From positions 151,032,001-151,096,000 of the forward strand of contig OX597817.1 of NCBI GenBank assembly GCA_951406725.2: 64,000 nucleotides of DNA, given 5' to 3'. Under the pieces are notes generated by a model. The model saw only the letters and a program-made list of their open reading frames with translations, made no database searches and was not told where the DNA came from. Source of the stretch: Octopus vulgaris (taxonomy: Eukaryota). The stretch's first letter is position 1. Each line of letters opens with the position of its first letter. Below, piece after piece: positions 39,528 through 51,850 of the stretch. The translations under genes were made by a program, and so were the position numbers.

Positions 39528-40770
39528 CTGTCAATTTCAGAAAATAAATGATTAAAAAAAGCAAAAAAAAAAGAAGGAAAGAAAAATTTTATGTCAGGTT
39601 TAATGATGAACACACTGGGACAATTAATTTGGTGTACTTGCTCAATTATTGGTGTTTTCATTTCATTAAACAAATATCCAACTGCTGTAAACACTGTAGA
39701 GAAACTTAGACAATGCTTATTTGATATAACTTCTAAAGTTAAATAACAAAAAAGTCAGGTGTTAGGGTTTTTTTTTTTATAAATTTTCTTTATCAAAGTT
39801 AACATTTTTTGTGTTTGGAATTCTATATCCTGCCACCCTTCAGGCCGATGCCAGCGCCGCCTTGACTGGCTTCCATGCTGGTGGCATGCAAAAAGCACCA
39901 ACTGATCATGGCTGTTGCCAGCCTCCCCTGGCACCTGTGCCGGTGGCACGTAAAAAGCACCCACTACACTCACGGTTTGGTTGGCATTAGGAAGGGCATC
40001 CAGTTGTAGAAATATTGCCAGATCAGATTAGAACCTGGTGCAGCTTCCTAGCTTCCCAGACCCTGGTTGAACCGTCCAACCCATGCTAGCATGGAAAACG
40101 GATGCTAAACGATGATGATGATGATGATGAATTGTCCAATGTTCTGAGCCTGGGGAGAGAGTGGGAGTTTGTGGTGACAACAGTTAATGTAAAGGAAAGT
40201 TTGATTGCTGCAAGGAGTAGAAAGTCCTTTTATCTTTCAAAAGAAAGAGGATAAAAATAACAGGTATTATTGACCTGGCTGTGGGCATTCATTTCTAAAC
40301 CAGGCTTACAACACTTTCATTTTTGTCCGCCGCCTGTTGCCTAGTGGTTAGGTTGTTGCAATCGTGATCGCTAGCTCATGGGTTCAATTCCTGGATTGAG
40401 CAGTGAATTTTGTTCTTGAGCAAAACACTCGATTTTACATTGCTCCAGTTCACTCAGCCATAAATTGTTAACCCTGTGATGGATTACTCACCTAGCCAGC
40501 GGAGTGGCATCATTCAAAAGCTAAAAAGATGCAAGTGCATTGTGACCATCAACAACATCTGATAGTCTGGTTGATCATGTGATCACACGATCTATTGAAG
40601 AGTAAGAGGCCGAAAATATCTTATGCATTCTGTCTCTATTCTTGATTGCAAATGAACTTAAAAGCATTTTACAAATTTATTTTTGGGTTAATTTTTTTTT
40701 TTGTCAGAGATCCTCACTAGTTACTGTCTGTCTAGTTTCACTTTCAGAGCATAACACAAATAAAGTAGTG

Positions 40771-40957
40771 TCCTCCTCCTCCTCCTCCCCTCCCCCGCCA
40801 CCCCTCATCCCCCTCCTCCTCCGCCACCCCTCCTCCTCCGCCACCCCATCCTCCTCCGCCACCCCTCCTCCTCCGCCACCCCTCCTCCTCCGCCACCCCT
40901 CCTCCTCCGCCACCCCTCCTCCTCCGCCACCCCTCCTCCTCCGCCACCCCTCCTCCT
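40771..40957. repeat. C-rich minisatellite (ccgccacccctcctcct)n
   Basis: Direct reading; G-rich on the transcribed minus strand. Confidence 0.9.
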
Positions 40958-41089
40958 TCCAATCAGGACTCACGCAATTAGCCACAAAGAATAATCTCTA
41001 ATTTGAGCCTACCCTAAGCTACTAAGGATGCATGTGGCTACTTGAAGATCCACCCACCACACGCGATAGACTGGCAGTTGCATAGGCAT

Positions 41090-41423
41090 GAAAGCTACGT
41101 TGTTATCCTCATTCCGTAAATGGTGGCTTTTAACAGGTGGAGAGCTGAACCATCCTGGGGTACAGAGGATTCACAATCTAGACTAAGGTCTGAAAGTTTG
41201 CCACACCAAAGTGGGTTACACCATGGTTCCTCTGCTTTGTGGCAGAAGTAGGAAGAAAGAGTGAGAGAAAGAGTACATCGGGGTTCACCCCACCCCACTG
41301 GAGGCTCATGGAGCTTAGGTGTTTTTGTTCAATAAACACTCACAATGCCCAGTCTGGGAATTGAAACCGCATTCTTACAACCGCAAGTCTGCTGCCCTAA
41401 TCACTGGGCCATTGCGCCTCCAC
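41090..41423 (-). mobile_element. SINE with family D head and a third tail type
   Basis: Head gtggaggcgcaatggcccagtgattagggcagc; 3' body differs from the other copies. Confidence 0.7.
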
Positions 41424-41564
41424 TGATAGAGTAGTTGCCTTGGGTGGTGTGCATTGAGATCAGACTCAGAGCTGTGTGATGTGATTACGAAGTGACCATG
41501 CCTATGCCCATATTTTTCGAAATGCTTTAAAAATATGTCAAATATTTCAATTGTAACTACTTGC

Positions 41565-41745
41565 CTGAACCTGAAAGCTGTATTCTTTGCACCATTCTCC
41601 CTCTGTAAAAGTGTATGCAGTTTGGTCATCAGGCAAGTTTGCTTCCAAAATATTGTTGATAAACACCAAATAACCATTTATTTTAGCTTCACCATATTCT
41701 AATGGTCTGTTCCATTCTATGGAAATATATTGGAAATTACAGGCT
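41565..41745 (-). CDS. Exon 11 (ISIEWNRPLEYGEAKINGYLVFIN...EYSFQVQ), probable GC donor
   Basis: ttccag acceptor; cag|gcaagt donor gives YSFQVQ-A across the junction; 181 nt, phase 2-0. Confidence 0.87.
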
Positions 41746-42797
41746 CTGGAATAAATGAAAGAATTCATAATTAATAATATATCGGAACCTGGTGCAGTCC
41801 CCTGGCTTATCAGTTTTCAGTCAAACCGTCTAACCCATGCCAGCGTAGAAAGCAGAATTAAATGATGGTGATGATGATTTATAAACATGCAAGCATGCAC
41901 ACACACACACATACACACACATGTAAACACACACACATGCACACGCATCCTTGGATTAATAAAAGAGCTTCTACTTAGTTAATTAACATGTTTGATGTGA
42001 AGTTTCTCCACAGAGACAAAGCAGACACACTGGTGCTGGTTCCATGATAAAAGAAATTGAATACACTCATGGCAGATGAAGCAGAAGAACCCAATACAGT
42101 CTATGGCAAAAATGTGTCGCACAACTAGGACACTCTCTTGGTGGGATACTGACTGGTGGTTAACCTCTGTGGAAGAAATTGGAACCAGAACCTCACCATG
42201 TATATAATTGCAACTGAATTAAATCATAATTCTTAGATGGAGATTCTTGTTATTCAACTTAGATATCATATCTAAGATATCATATCATATGCCAGAGCAT
42301 ATGATATCTACAGTAGATATCATATGCCGAGAGCATATGATATCTACTGACTGATTAATAAAGTGGTTTACAAATCAGTAAAACAATGCAGCAGTAAAGA
42401 CAATGAGGACACTTAATCTTGTATTGTTGAGGACAAAGCAACCCTACCTGTGTTGGTGCCATGGTAAAATGCATCCAGGATATTCTGATTAGGTGGAGAC
42501 AATGTAAGACTGAAATAATCCTGGTTTTGTGTTATTGAGGGCACAATAACTAGTGCCACAATAAAATATACCTGTAAAGTGGATGGTGATAAGAAGAGCT
42601 TTCTGCTGTAGAAGCCCTGTCAAATTTAATTACATTCAAACGAAGTATAGTGTCCCAACCTTAAGGTGGTAATAACTCTGAATAAGAATTGGCTTACATT
42701 GTGACAATCCATTCACCCCATGGCAGTAAAAAAACAGACATAAAACGATGAGGATGTTGACAATGATGAGAAAAAACATAAGGGATTATAACCTCAC

Positions 42798-42976
42798 CTA
42801 AGAATCACAACTGGCATATTTGGTGGTGCTGATGTCTGTATTGTTAAGTAGTGAGATTCATCAAGAATGGTATCATTTGGACCAATGGAAATGAGCCGTA
42901 AATAATGTATTACTCCAGACAAACATTTATTGATGATGCAGCTTTTATCAGATGCAAGCAGACAGACTTCTCTTGC
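42798..42976 (-). CDS. Exon 10 (CIINKCLSGVIHYLRLISIG...QTSAPPNMPVV)
   Basis: tttctag acceptor, ag|gtgagg donor, 179 nt, phase 0-2. Confidence 0.88.
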
Positions 42977-44679
42977 CTAGAAATAATAACAGCATATTAG
43001 TACAAGATCTGCAACATACAACAAATACATGCAGACACACAGACATGTAGCCATGCATAAGTGCACATACTGATGCATACATATTACATATACACTGATA
43101 CACATACATACAAATACAATATGACAGTCATAATTTTGTGCTTTTTGGAGAAGATTATGAATTTGTTTGCACAAAATATTCTTGATTGACAGCATATCGC
43201 CCTAATTTCACAGTTGAATAACTGGCAGTTGAAAGGGTGTCCAGCTGTGAAAAACATGTATTCTAGGAGTGGCTGTGTGGTTAAGAACCTTGCTTACCAA
43301 CCACATGGTTCTGGGTGCAGTCCCACTGCGTGGCACCTTGGGCAAGTGTCTTGTACTATAGCCTCGGGCCAACCAAAGCCTTGTGAGTGGATTTGGTAGA
43401 CGGAAACTGAAAGAAGCTTGTCAAATATATATATATGTATGTATTTCTGTGTCTGTTTGTCCTCCCACCATCGTTTGACAACTGATGTTGGTGAGTTTAC
43501 ACCCCCGTAACTTAACAGTTTGGCAAAAATGACCGATAGGTTAAGTACTAGGCTTACAGCGAATAAGTCCTGGGGGTGATTTGTTCGACTGAAGGTGGTG
43601 CACCAGCATGGCTGCAGCCAAATGACTGAGTCAAATAAAAGAATAAACCATTGCTTTTAAAATGTTTTGAGTTATTGCCCCCTTTACTTTTACTAACACA
43701 TTTTCAATGCCCCTTTCTATCTTAAACGATCTCCTTTCATTTTTTAATGTAAATATCAGATTGGAGCCTGGTGCAGCCTTCTGGCTTGCCAGCCCTCAGT
43801 CAAACCGTCCAACCCATGCCAGCATGGAAAGCAGACGTTAAACAATGATGATGACGATCAGGCCAACATAATTTAGTTCCAGATTCTGGTTTGGCACAAA
43901 TGACACTTATAACAGCTCACCCTACCATAAGCAATTGTTAGTTTATATTCTGTTTAGCTATTTACTTGTTTACATTTCAAAGTCAAGACTTATGAGTGGC
44001 TGTGTGGTAAGTAGCTTGCTTACCAATCACTTGGTTCTGGGTTCAGTCCCACTGCGTGGCACTTTGGGCAAGTGTCTTCTACTATAGCCTTGGGCTGACC
44101 AAAGATTGTGAGTGGATTTGGTAGATGGAAACTGAAAGAAGCCCATCATATATATGTATATCATCATCATCATCATCATCATCGTTTAACGTCTGCTTTC
44201 CATGCTAGCATGGGTTGAACGATTTTGACTGACGTATGTGTGTATATGTTTGTGTGTCTGTGTTTGTCCCCCCAACATTGCTTGACAACCGATGCTGGTG
44301 TGTTTAGGTCCCCGTAACTGAGTGGTTTGGCAAGAGAGACCGATAGAATAAGTACTAGGCTTACAAAGAATAAGTCCTGGGGTCGATTTGCTCGACCAAA
44401 GGTGGTGCTCCAGCATGGACACAGTCAAATGACAACAAAACATCCAGATAGAGGATACAAAGAAAACAAGGATGAGTCATTCGAAGTTTTCTTTCCTCTG
44501 TTGAGTTCCAGATTATCTTTGCAATTTCGGCTGGTTATACTCGAGATTGCTCCAATCTGGCCAGCAACAAGGAAAAACTAAGCTAAGAGCATTAGATTCC
44601 TTGGAAGAAAGCAGCAAATGTATGCAAAAACAAGGACGGAAAAAAAAATGGAGAATGTTGCACAAATACAAATACAAAC

Positions 44680-44753
<74 letters not shown>

Positions 44754-45331
44754 ATATCTCACTATGAGGATATTTAAACCTCTTATAGAGATGGTTTTAT
44801 CCAAGATACCCTGGTTTAATATATATATTTTGAAGAGATATTTCTTCAATAAATATATTACAAAACATCAACTATTATTAATAAGTTTGAAAATGGAGAG
44901 ATTCAATGGATATAAATTAGTTTATTAATTAATTAACATTGCCTACAATTGTTTCTCTTCACACTCTGTTTAAATAACAAAACATATATAATATATGATA
45001 TATAATAATATAAGTTTGCATACAACTTAGAGGTTCAGCAATAGAGACCTTAAAAAAATAAGTACTGAGGTCAGTCAGTTTGACTAAAATTCTTCAAGAA
45101 GGTGCCCCAGCATGGCTGTAGTGTAATGAAGGAAGTAAAAGACAAAGGCAAAAAACATGTATCATACTTATTGTCTACACTTTAGTGACACACCAGTTAC
45201 TGAAGTATTTGTTTTGGGATGATGGTAATGGTGACAATGATGGTTATGGAGTGAGAGTGATGGTGGTGGTATCAATGTTGTTGTTGGTGATGAAAAATAT
45301 GATGAAGATGATAGTGTTGCTGCTGTTGCTG

Positions 45332-45711
45332 TTTGTTTGTTGAGCAAATCGGTCTTCGTCCCAGAGCTCGCAAGATTGCGCCTCTGTAGTGGGAGAAGTC
45401 CGAAACATGGTCCATTGCTATTCGTAAGACCCGCAGAAGAGAAAGCAGATCAACCCCCGACACTGAGAGCGTCGACGGATGGATGAATGCGCGTCCAGGC
45501 TCAGCGGTTGCATAGGAAGTCGGGGACAAGAAACAGGAAGAAAGAATGAGAGAAAGTTGGAGTGAAAGAGTACAACAGCCCCTGTCAGAGCCTCATGGAG
45601 CTTTAGGTGTTTTTCACTCAATAAACACTCACAATGCCCGGTCTGGGAATCAAAACCGTGATCCTCCGACCGCAAGTCCGCTGCCCTAACCATTGGGCTA
45701 TTGCGCTTCCA
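45332..45711 (-). mobile_element. tRNA-derived SINE (family D) with 12-bp TSD
   Basis: Near full-length homolog of 4431-4801; TSD ctgctgttgctg at 45320-45331 and 45712-45723. Confidence 0.85.
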
Positions 45712-45786
45712 CTGCTGTTGCTGCTGATGACGATGATAAAGACGATGTAGAGTAGGTATCAATGAAATGAAAGGAAGCCTATTTAC

Positions 45787-46060
45787 CTCTGGCTGAGCAA
45801 CACTGCTCCACTGGATTTTGTATGATTGCAAACCTTCTGGGGCCATGTAAGAGTTCCATTCTAAGTGAATCTTTGTATCCGTTACCTTTGATGCCTTTAA
45901 ATAGTTGGGATCATTTTTACTCTCTCCTGGAAACATTAACTGATGCCTACCATTCCTCCACCCATTTGTCGCTGCTGTCATCACCACCAATGTGTTTGAC
46001 TTTGCTGAGTCGCCATATTGCCAATTGCTTGATAATGCCACTAAATTAAACTTGTAAACT
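45787..46060 (-). CDS. Exon 9 (VYKFNLVALSS...KVTDTKIHLEWN...YKIQWS)
   Basis: ttttag acceptor, gag|gtaaat donor, 274 nt, phase 2-0. Confidence 0.92.
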
Positions 46061-46389
46061 CTAAAAAAGAAGCACAAAACAAAACAAAATGAAAAATTAA
46101 TTAATTAATTAATTAATTGGTTGGCATGGTTGCATCGTCAAGAAACCTGCTTTGCAACCATAAGGTTTTGGGTCGAGTCTTGCCTTGGGCAAGTGTTTTC
46201 TACTATGGATCTGGGTCTGCCAATACCTTGTGAGTGAATTTGGTAGATGGAAACTGTGTGAAAGCCTGTCATACACACACACACAGATATATTTATATTA
46301 GGGTGGAGTACTTTTTCACGATTCGTGATGGGGGTAGTGCAGAAAAATTGTAAATGGACATCAAAATAACTGGTGCAAAATCTTAGAAT

Positions 46390-46840
46390 TCTGTGACAAT
46401 ATCATCTGCCTCCACAAATGCACCGAAAAATGGAAAAAGCAGGAAAAAAGCACCTCTACTTATTCATTAGCTGTAAAATACAGTTTCCATTGTATCTTTT
46501 TCAGGTAGCTTTTGAATAACTGTGATGAAATTACTCTAAAATAAGACTTCAACATGATTTTTTCTGTGACTTCACCTTCTGCTTCCATAAGGAAGGACTG
46601 GGATGTACCGTAATTTACATCTAGATGAAGAATTTTTTGAATTCGATAAATTGCAATATTTATGATGTTTTTGCATTTTTTGGGGCATTTGTGGAGGTAG
46701 AAGATGAAGTCACAGAAAAAAACATGTTGAAGTTATATTTTAGAGTAATTTCATTGCAGTCATTTAAAAGCCTCCTGAAGAAGATGCAATGAAAATTGTA
46801 TTTTATAGCTAATAAATAAGTAGAGATGTTTTTTTCCACG
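46390..46840. repeat. Foldback-type imperfect inverted repeat (~145-bp arms)
   Basis: 46442-46587 is reverse-complementary to 46692-46837 with scattered mismatches. Confidence 0.7.
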
Positions 46841-47479
46841 TTTTACTAATTATTACTTCCAAGGTTCTGATAGGAAACATATGTAGCCTGGATTTTTACC
46901 TGCTCCAATTCCTAAGTTTGGATTTATATATATTTATTTATATACATACATATGGTGGTATGTAAAAAGCATTATCCAAATGTGATCAATACTGGGTCTG
47001 TCTGGCTGGCGCCCGTGCTGGTGGCATGTAAAAAGCATCCACTACACTCTCAGAGTGGTTGGTGTTAGGAAGGGCATCCAGCTGTAGAAACCATGCCAGA
47101 TCAGATTGGAGCCTGGTACAGCCTTCTGGCTTGCCAGTCATCAATAAAACCGTCCAACCCATGCCAGTATGGAAAGTGGACGTTAAATGACGATAACAAC
47201 AATATATATATATATATACACACTTTTTACTCTTTACTCTTTTACTTGTTTCAGTCATGTGACTGTGGCCATGTTGGAGCATCGCCTTTAGTCCAGTAAA
47301 TCGACCCCAGGACTTATTCTTTGTAAGCCTAGTACTTAATCTATCGGGCCCTTTTGCCAAACCACTAAGTTATGGGGGACGTAAACACACCAGCATTGGT
47401 TGTCAAGTGATGTTGGGGGGGGGGGGGCAAACACAGACACACAAACATATACACACACATATATACATACATACATATA

Positions 47480-47487
<8 letters not shown>

Positions 47488-47565
<78 letters not shown>
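47488..47565. repeat. (TA)n microsatellite
   Basis: Direct reading; similar tracts near 13424, 44684, 49520 and 51773. Confidence 0.95.
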
Positions 47566-47566
<1 letters not shown>

Positions 47567-47998
47567 GACGGGCTTCTTTCAGTTTCCGTCTACCAAATCC
47601 ACTCACAAGGCTTTGGTTGGCCCAAGGCTATAGTAGAAGACACTAGCTCAAGGTGCCATGCAGTGGAACTGAACCTGGAACCATGCGGCTGGTAAGCAAG
47701 CTACTTACCATACAGCCACTATATATATATATATACATCATTTAGTATACACAATTTACAAAAGAGTTACTAATAGTTGCATGCTTTAAAGATACAAAAA
47801 TTTAGCAGATTTATGCATTTCCATGGATCTCCAAGCAATCTTTTAGGCTAAGTGCATATCATTAGATGTATTTAAAAACCAGGACACTGGTCTATGACAA
47901 GACACGACAAAAAGACGAGAAGGAAAATGCCAAGACGGTTGGTGTATTATAGACGAGTGTAAGACTATCAAATAATATTGTGTATGCCATTTACTCAC

Positions 47999-48075
47999 CT
48001 TTCTGCTAAACAGGAGTAGTTGTAAGAAGTTGTGTCACTATCCAACTCAACTGTTGGTTCACCATTAACATAGAG
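47999..48075 (-). CDS. Exon 8 (LYVNGEPTVELDSDTTSYNY)
   Basis: ttttgcag acceptor, ag|gtgagt donor, 77 nt, phase 0-2. Confidence 0.88.
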
Positions 48076-48174
48076 CTGCAAAAGCAAAATAAATAAATGC
48101 ATAAAAGCTAAAGATTTCAGAAAATTTTAGTATCGAAACAACTTCTTCCACCTTCTCCAACAACAACAACAACA

Positions 48175-48230
<56 letters not shown>

Positions 48231-48646
48231 CACCACCACCACCACCACTACTACTATTGGCAGATTGCCACCTTATCCTTAATAATAATGATAATAGTAA
48301 TGATAAAATAATCAAACTTCAACAACATAAATGAACACAACTCCACATTATTTTCCATTAAAACTAGCAAGAGTTAAAAAGTCTTGGCAAATAAAAAAAA
48401 CTAAATTATACAGACTGAGCTTCAAGCTTAAATATTTATAGCTGTATAATGAAAATCACACACGCGTGTGCGCACACACACACACATGCAAATAAAGTTT
48501 TAAATGGAAAAACAGTATAAACAGTAACAATAACATTGATGCCATCTTCAGCAACAAAAACAGCAACATTCTAAAGCAAAAAGAGAAGGAATAGATATAA
48601 TGTGTTACATAAGAGAGTGCCTCTTTTCCTGACAATATATTTAGGA

Positions 48647-49132
48647 AATAATAAATCTCTGAACGAGGTATAAACAGTAACTGCACGATAATGTGAGGTA
48701 TATTTGCCATCTCAATAATGGCTAACCACCAAGGGTGGGTGTTACTGTAGCTTGTAGTTCTCCTGATGTTCTCCTGGGGCTACAAGCTACAGTAAAACCC
48801 ACCCTTGGTGGTTAGCCATTATTGAGATGGCAAATATACCTCACATTGTCGTGCAGTTATTGTTTATACCTCATTCAGAGATTTATTATTGCTTGTATAC
48901 ACTCTTTCGAGATCGGTGACGAATAGTTACTGGAAAAAGGATATTAATATTTGCATTGGGAACTCCTTTCATCGAAAACTGGTGATTATCGTATGCTGAT
49001 GACGGGTCAAGACCCAGAAACTGCAGTCCGTGTGTATCACTTAGGTTGACGAGGGAAGGATGACCTCCCTTTGCAAATACCGAAAGGGCACAGAGAGTGT
49101 GCCTAAAGCCAGCTGGAGGAGATGTTCTCCTG
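48647..49132 (+). mobile_element. Penelope pLTR / retrozyme-like unit (356 bp, terminal redundancy) preceded by an inverted partial copy
   Basis: gatgttctcctg at 48765 and 49121; 111-bp inverted arms 48647-48757 / 48780-48890; contains the hammerhead. Confidence 0.65.
48990..49034 (+). ncRNA. Minimal type I hammerhead ribozyme motif
   Basis: cgtatg-CTGATGA-c gggtc aa gaccc a-GAAA-CTGCA-GTC-cgtgtg: conserved core, stem II, palindromic stem III (ACTGCAGT), GUC cleavage triplet, stem I of WC/GU pairs. Confidence 0.75.
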
Positions 49133-49514
49133 TGGCCATGCTGGAGCACCACCTTTAGTCAAAGAAATCAACCTCAGGACTTATTCTTTGTAAGCCTAAT
49201 ACTTATTCTATCAGTCTCTTTTGCAAAACCGCTAAGTTTCAGGGACATAAAAATACTAACATTGGTTGTCAAGCGATGGTGGGTCAAAAACAGACACAAG
49301 ACACACATGTATAAACATACATACATACATACATACATACATACATACATACATACATACAAACATACAAACACACACACACACACATATATATATATAA
49401 ATGAATAAAGGTTACAAACGTCATTAAGAAATAGCAAAATCTTATGAAAGTACCCATATAAAGAATGTTGAACATTACAGTTAACATTCTACTTCAAGGT
49501 AACTATATAAACCG

Positions 49515-49568
<54 letters not shown>

Positions 49569-49759
49569 GACTGGCTTCTTTCAGTTTCTGTCTACCAAAT
49601 CCACAAATCCACTCACAAGGTTTTGGTTGACCTGAGTCTATAGTAGAAGACACTTGCCCAAGGTGCCAGACAGTGAGATGGAACCCAGAACCATGTAGTT
49701 GGGAAGCAAGCTTCTTACCACACAGCAACACCTGTGTTTTTAATTTTTATTGTTCTTAC

Positions 49760-49955
49760 CTGGTAAGCCGTTATTGGGACATCACCATATGTTCTAGGCT
49801 GTTGCCAACAGAGGCAAATCACTGAGGAACTGGCAGAGTCCAGTGTTATCAAGGGTGGGTCAGGTTCTCCTGGACTTATAGCATGAATAGCTTGTGCTGA
49901 TGTTTCAGGCTCTCCCTCTCTGGAATGGCTTTCAATTGTGATTTCATATATTGAT
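49760..49955 (-). CDS. Exon 7 (IYEITIES...PGEPDPPLITL...LCWQQPRTYGDVPITAYQ)
   Basis: tttgtag acceptor, cag|gtaaga donor, 196 nt, phase 2-0. Confidence 0.92.
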
Positions 49956-50689
49956 CTACAAAAAAATGATAGATTGTTATACATAGAAGCCAAAAGGTAA
50001 GAATATATTGAACATATGTAGGATTATATTAGATTTGTTAGAAAATCATTTGGTGCATATATAATAGTTGTAGACATGGCTGTGTGGTAAAACAGTTGGC
50101 TTAGCTCCAAGTTGGCTGATACCTTGTGACAGAAACTGGATGTCTGGAAGTTTATCATACATGATATAAAAATAAAAAAGACCCATCCCTGGTGAATGAT
50201 CATGGGATTGCATCTAGAAAGTTACCTTCTGAGATACAAATCCAGGCAAGGTTGTTTAGGGAAGACCAGTTGTTGCCCATGCATACCAACCTCCTCTCTT
50301 CATACTTTGTCTTTCTTCCTTTCGGGGTTGATAAATTAAGTACCAGTTGCATACTGGGGTTGATCTAATCGACTGGCCCCCCTTTCCCAAAAATTTTGGA
50401 CCTTCTGCCTAGATTAGAAAAGAGCATTTGAACTGAATAAGGTGGCAAGCTGGTAGACTCTTTAACCCATTGGGCAAAATGCATAGCAACATTTTGTCTG
50501 TTTTTACATACTGGGTTTCAATTCCAATGAGGTCGACTTTGCCTTTTATCTTTTGGGGGTCGATAAATAAGTACTGGTGAATACTGGTGTCGATGTCATT
50601 GACTTATGGCCAACCCTGAGATTGCTGGCCTTGTATCAAAACTTGAAACTAATATATGAACTGAATGAGAAAAAGAAACCAAAACTTAC

Positions 50690-50894
50690 TTGAGTCTGTT
50701 CACTGGGATACAACAATGTAACTTGTTGACAATAAGTGATTTGGTTATGGTCACTTTATCATTGTGCAGAAACCACTTGACTGAAAACTCTTTGACGGCT
50801 TCATGGGAAGAGACTGACCATTCAACCAGAAAGTCTCCTTGTGAATTTGTGTCTTCATTTTCTTGGAATATAGCTCTAGCAGTAGTTATTGAGG
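50690..50894 (-). CDS. Exon 6, FN3-like (GDFLVEWSV...FSVKW)
   Basis: ttttcag acceptor, aa|gtaagt donor, 205 nt, phase 1-2. Confidence 0.88.
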
Positions 50895-51771
50895 CTGAAA
50901 ATGTAGAAGGAAAGAGAAAAAAATAATAAAACAAAAACAAAACAAAACAAAACAAAACAATAAGCAATATATAAATAACAAATTTATTCTTTATATAGTA
51001 AAATAAATCTTTTAATCTGTTTGACTCATTGAACTGTGGCCATGCTGGGGCTCTGCCTTGAAGGGTTTTTGTCAAACAGATCAACCACCCCAGCCTGGTA
51101 CTTATTCTCTCTGTCACTTTTGCTGAACTGCTAAAGTATGGGAGCATAAACAAACTAACACGGGTTGCTAAGTGGTGGTGGCGATGAACACACTCACGCA
51201 CACAAACGCGCACGCACACGCATGTCTCTCTCTCTTTCTATGTATGTATTTATACCTTTTACTTTTTTCAGTCATTACACTGAGGCCATGCTGGAGCAAC
51301 ACTTTGAGGAATTCTAGTCGAATGAATTGACCCTAGTACTTATTTTCTTTTTGAGCTTGTCGGTCTCTTTGCCAAACCACTAAGTTAGAGGGATGTAAAC
51401 ACACCAACATCGGTTGTCAGGCAATGGTAGGGTAGAAACACAGACAAAAAGACACACACATACACACACAAAACATACACCAGCATACATTGGGCTTCTT
51501 TCAGTTTCCATTTACCAAATCCACTCACATGACTTTGGTTGGCCTGAGGCTATAGTAGAAGACACTTGCTCAAGGTGCCATGCAGTGGGACTGAACCTAG
51601 AACATGTGGTTGGGCTGCAAACTTCTTACCACACAGCCACCTATATATATATATTCACAGGAAGTTACTTATATAGCTGGTCATAGAGTCATAGAGTGAC
51701 CAATGGTTTTGAATCTATAAAGTGCTTAGCCTTATAGATGACTCATCAGACTCCAATGGTCTTGGATCCAT

Positions 51772-51850
<79 letters not shown>

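Noticed and set aside
47400-47695. ORFs rich in YI, TH, CV, NN or II repeats here and throughout the window
   Set aside because: Translations of microsatellites and SINEs
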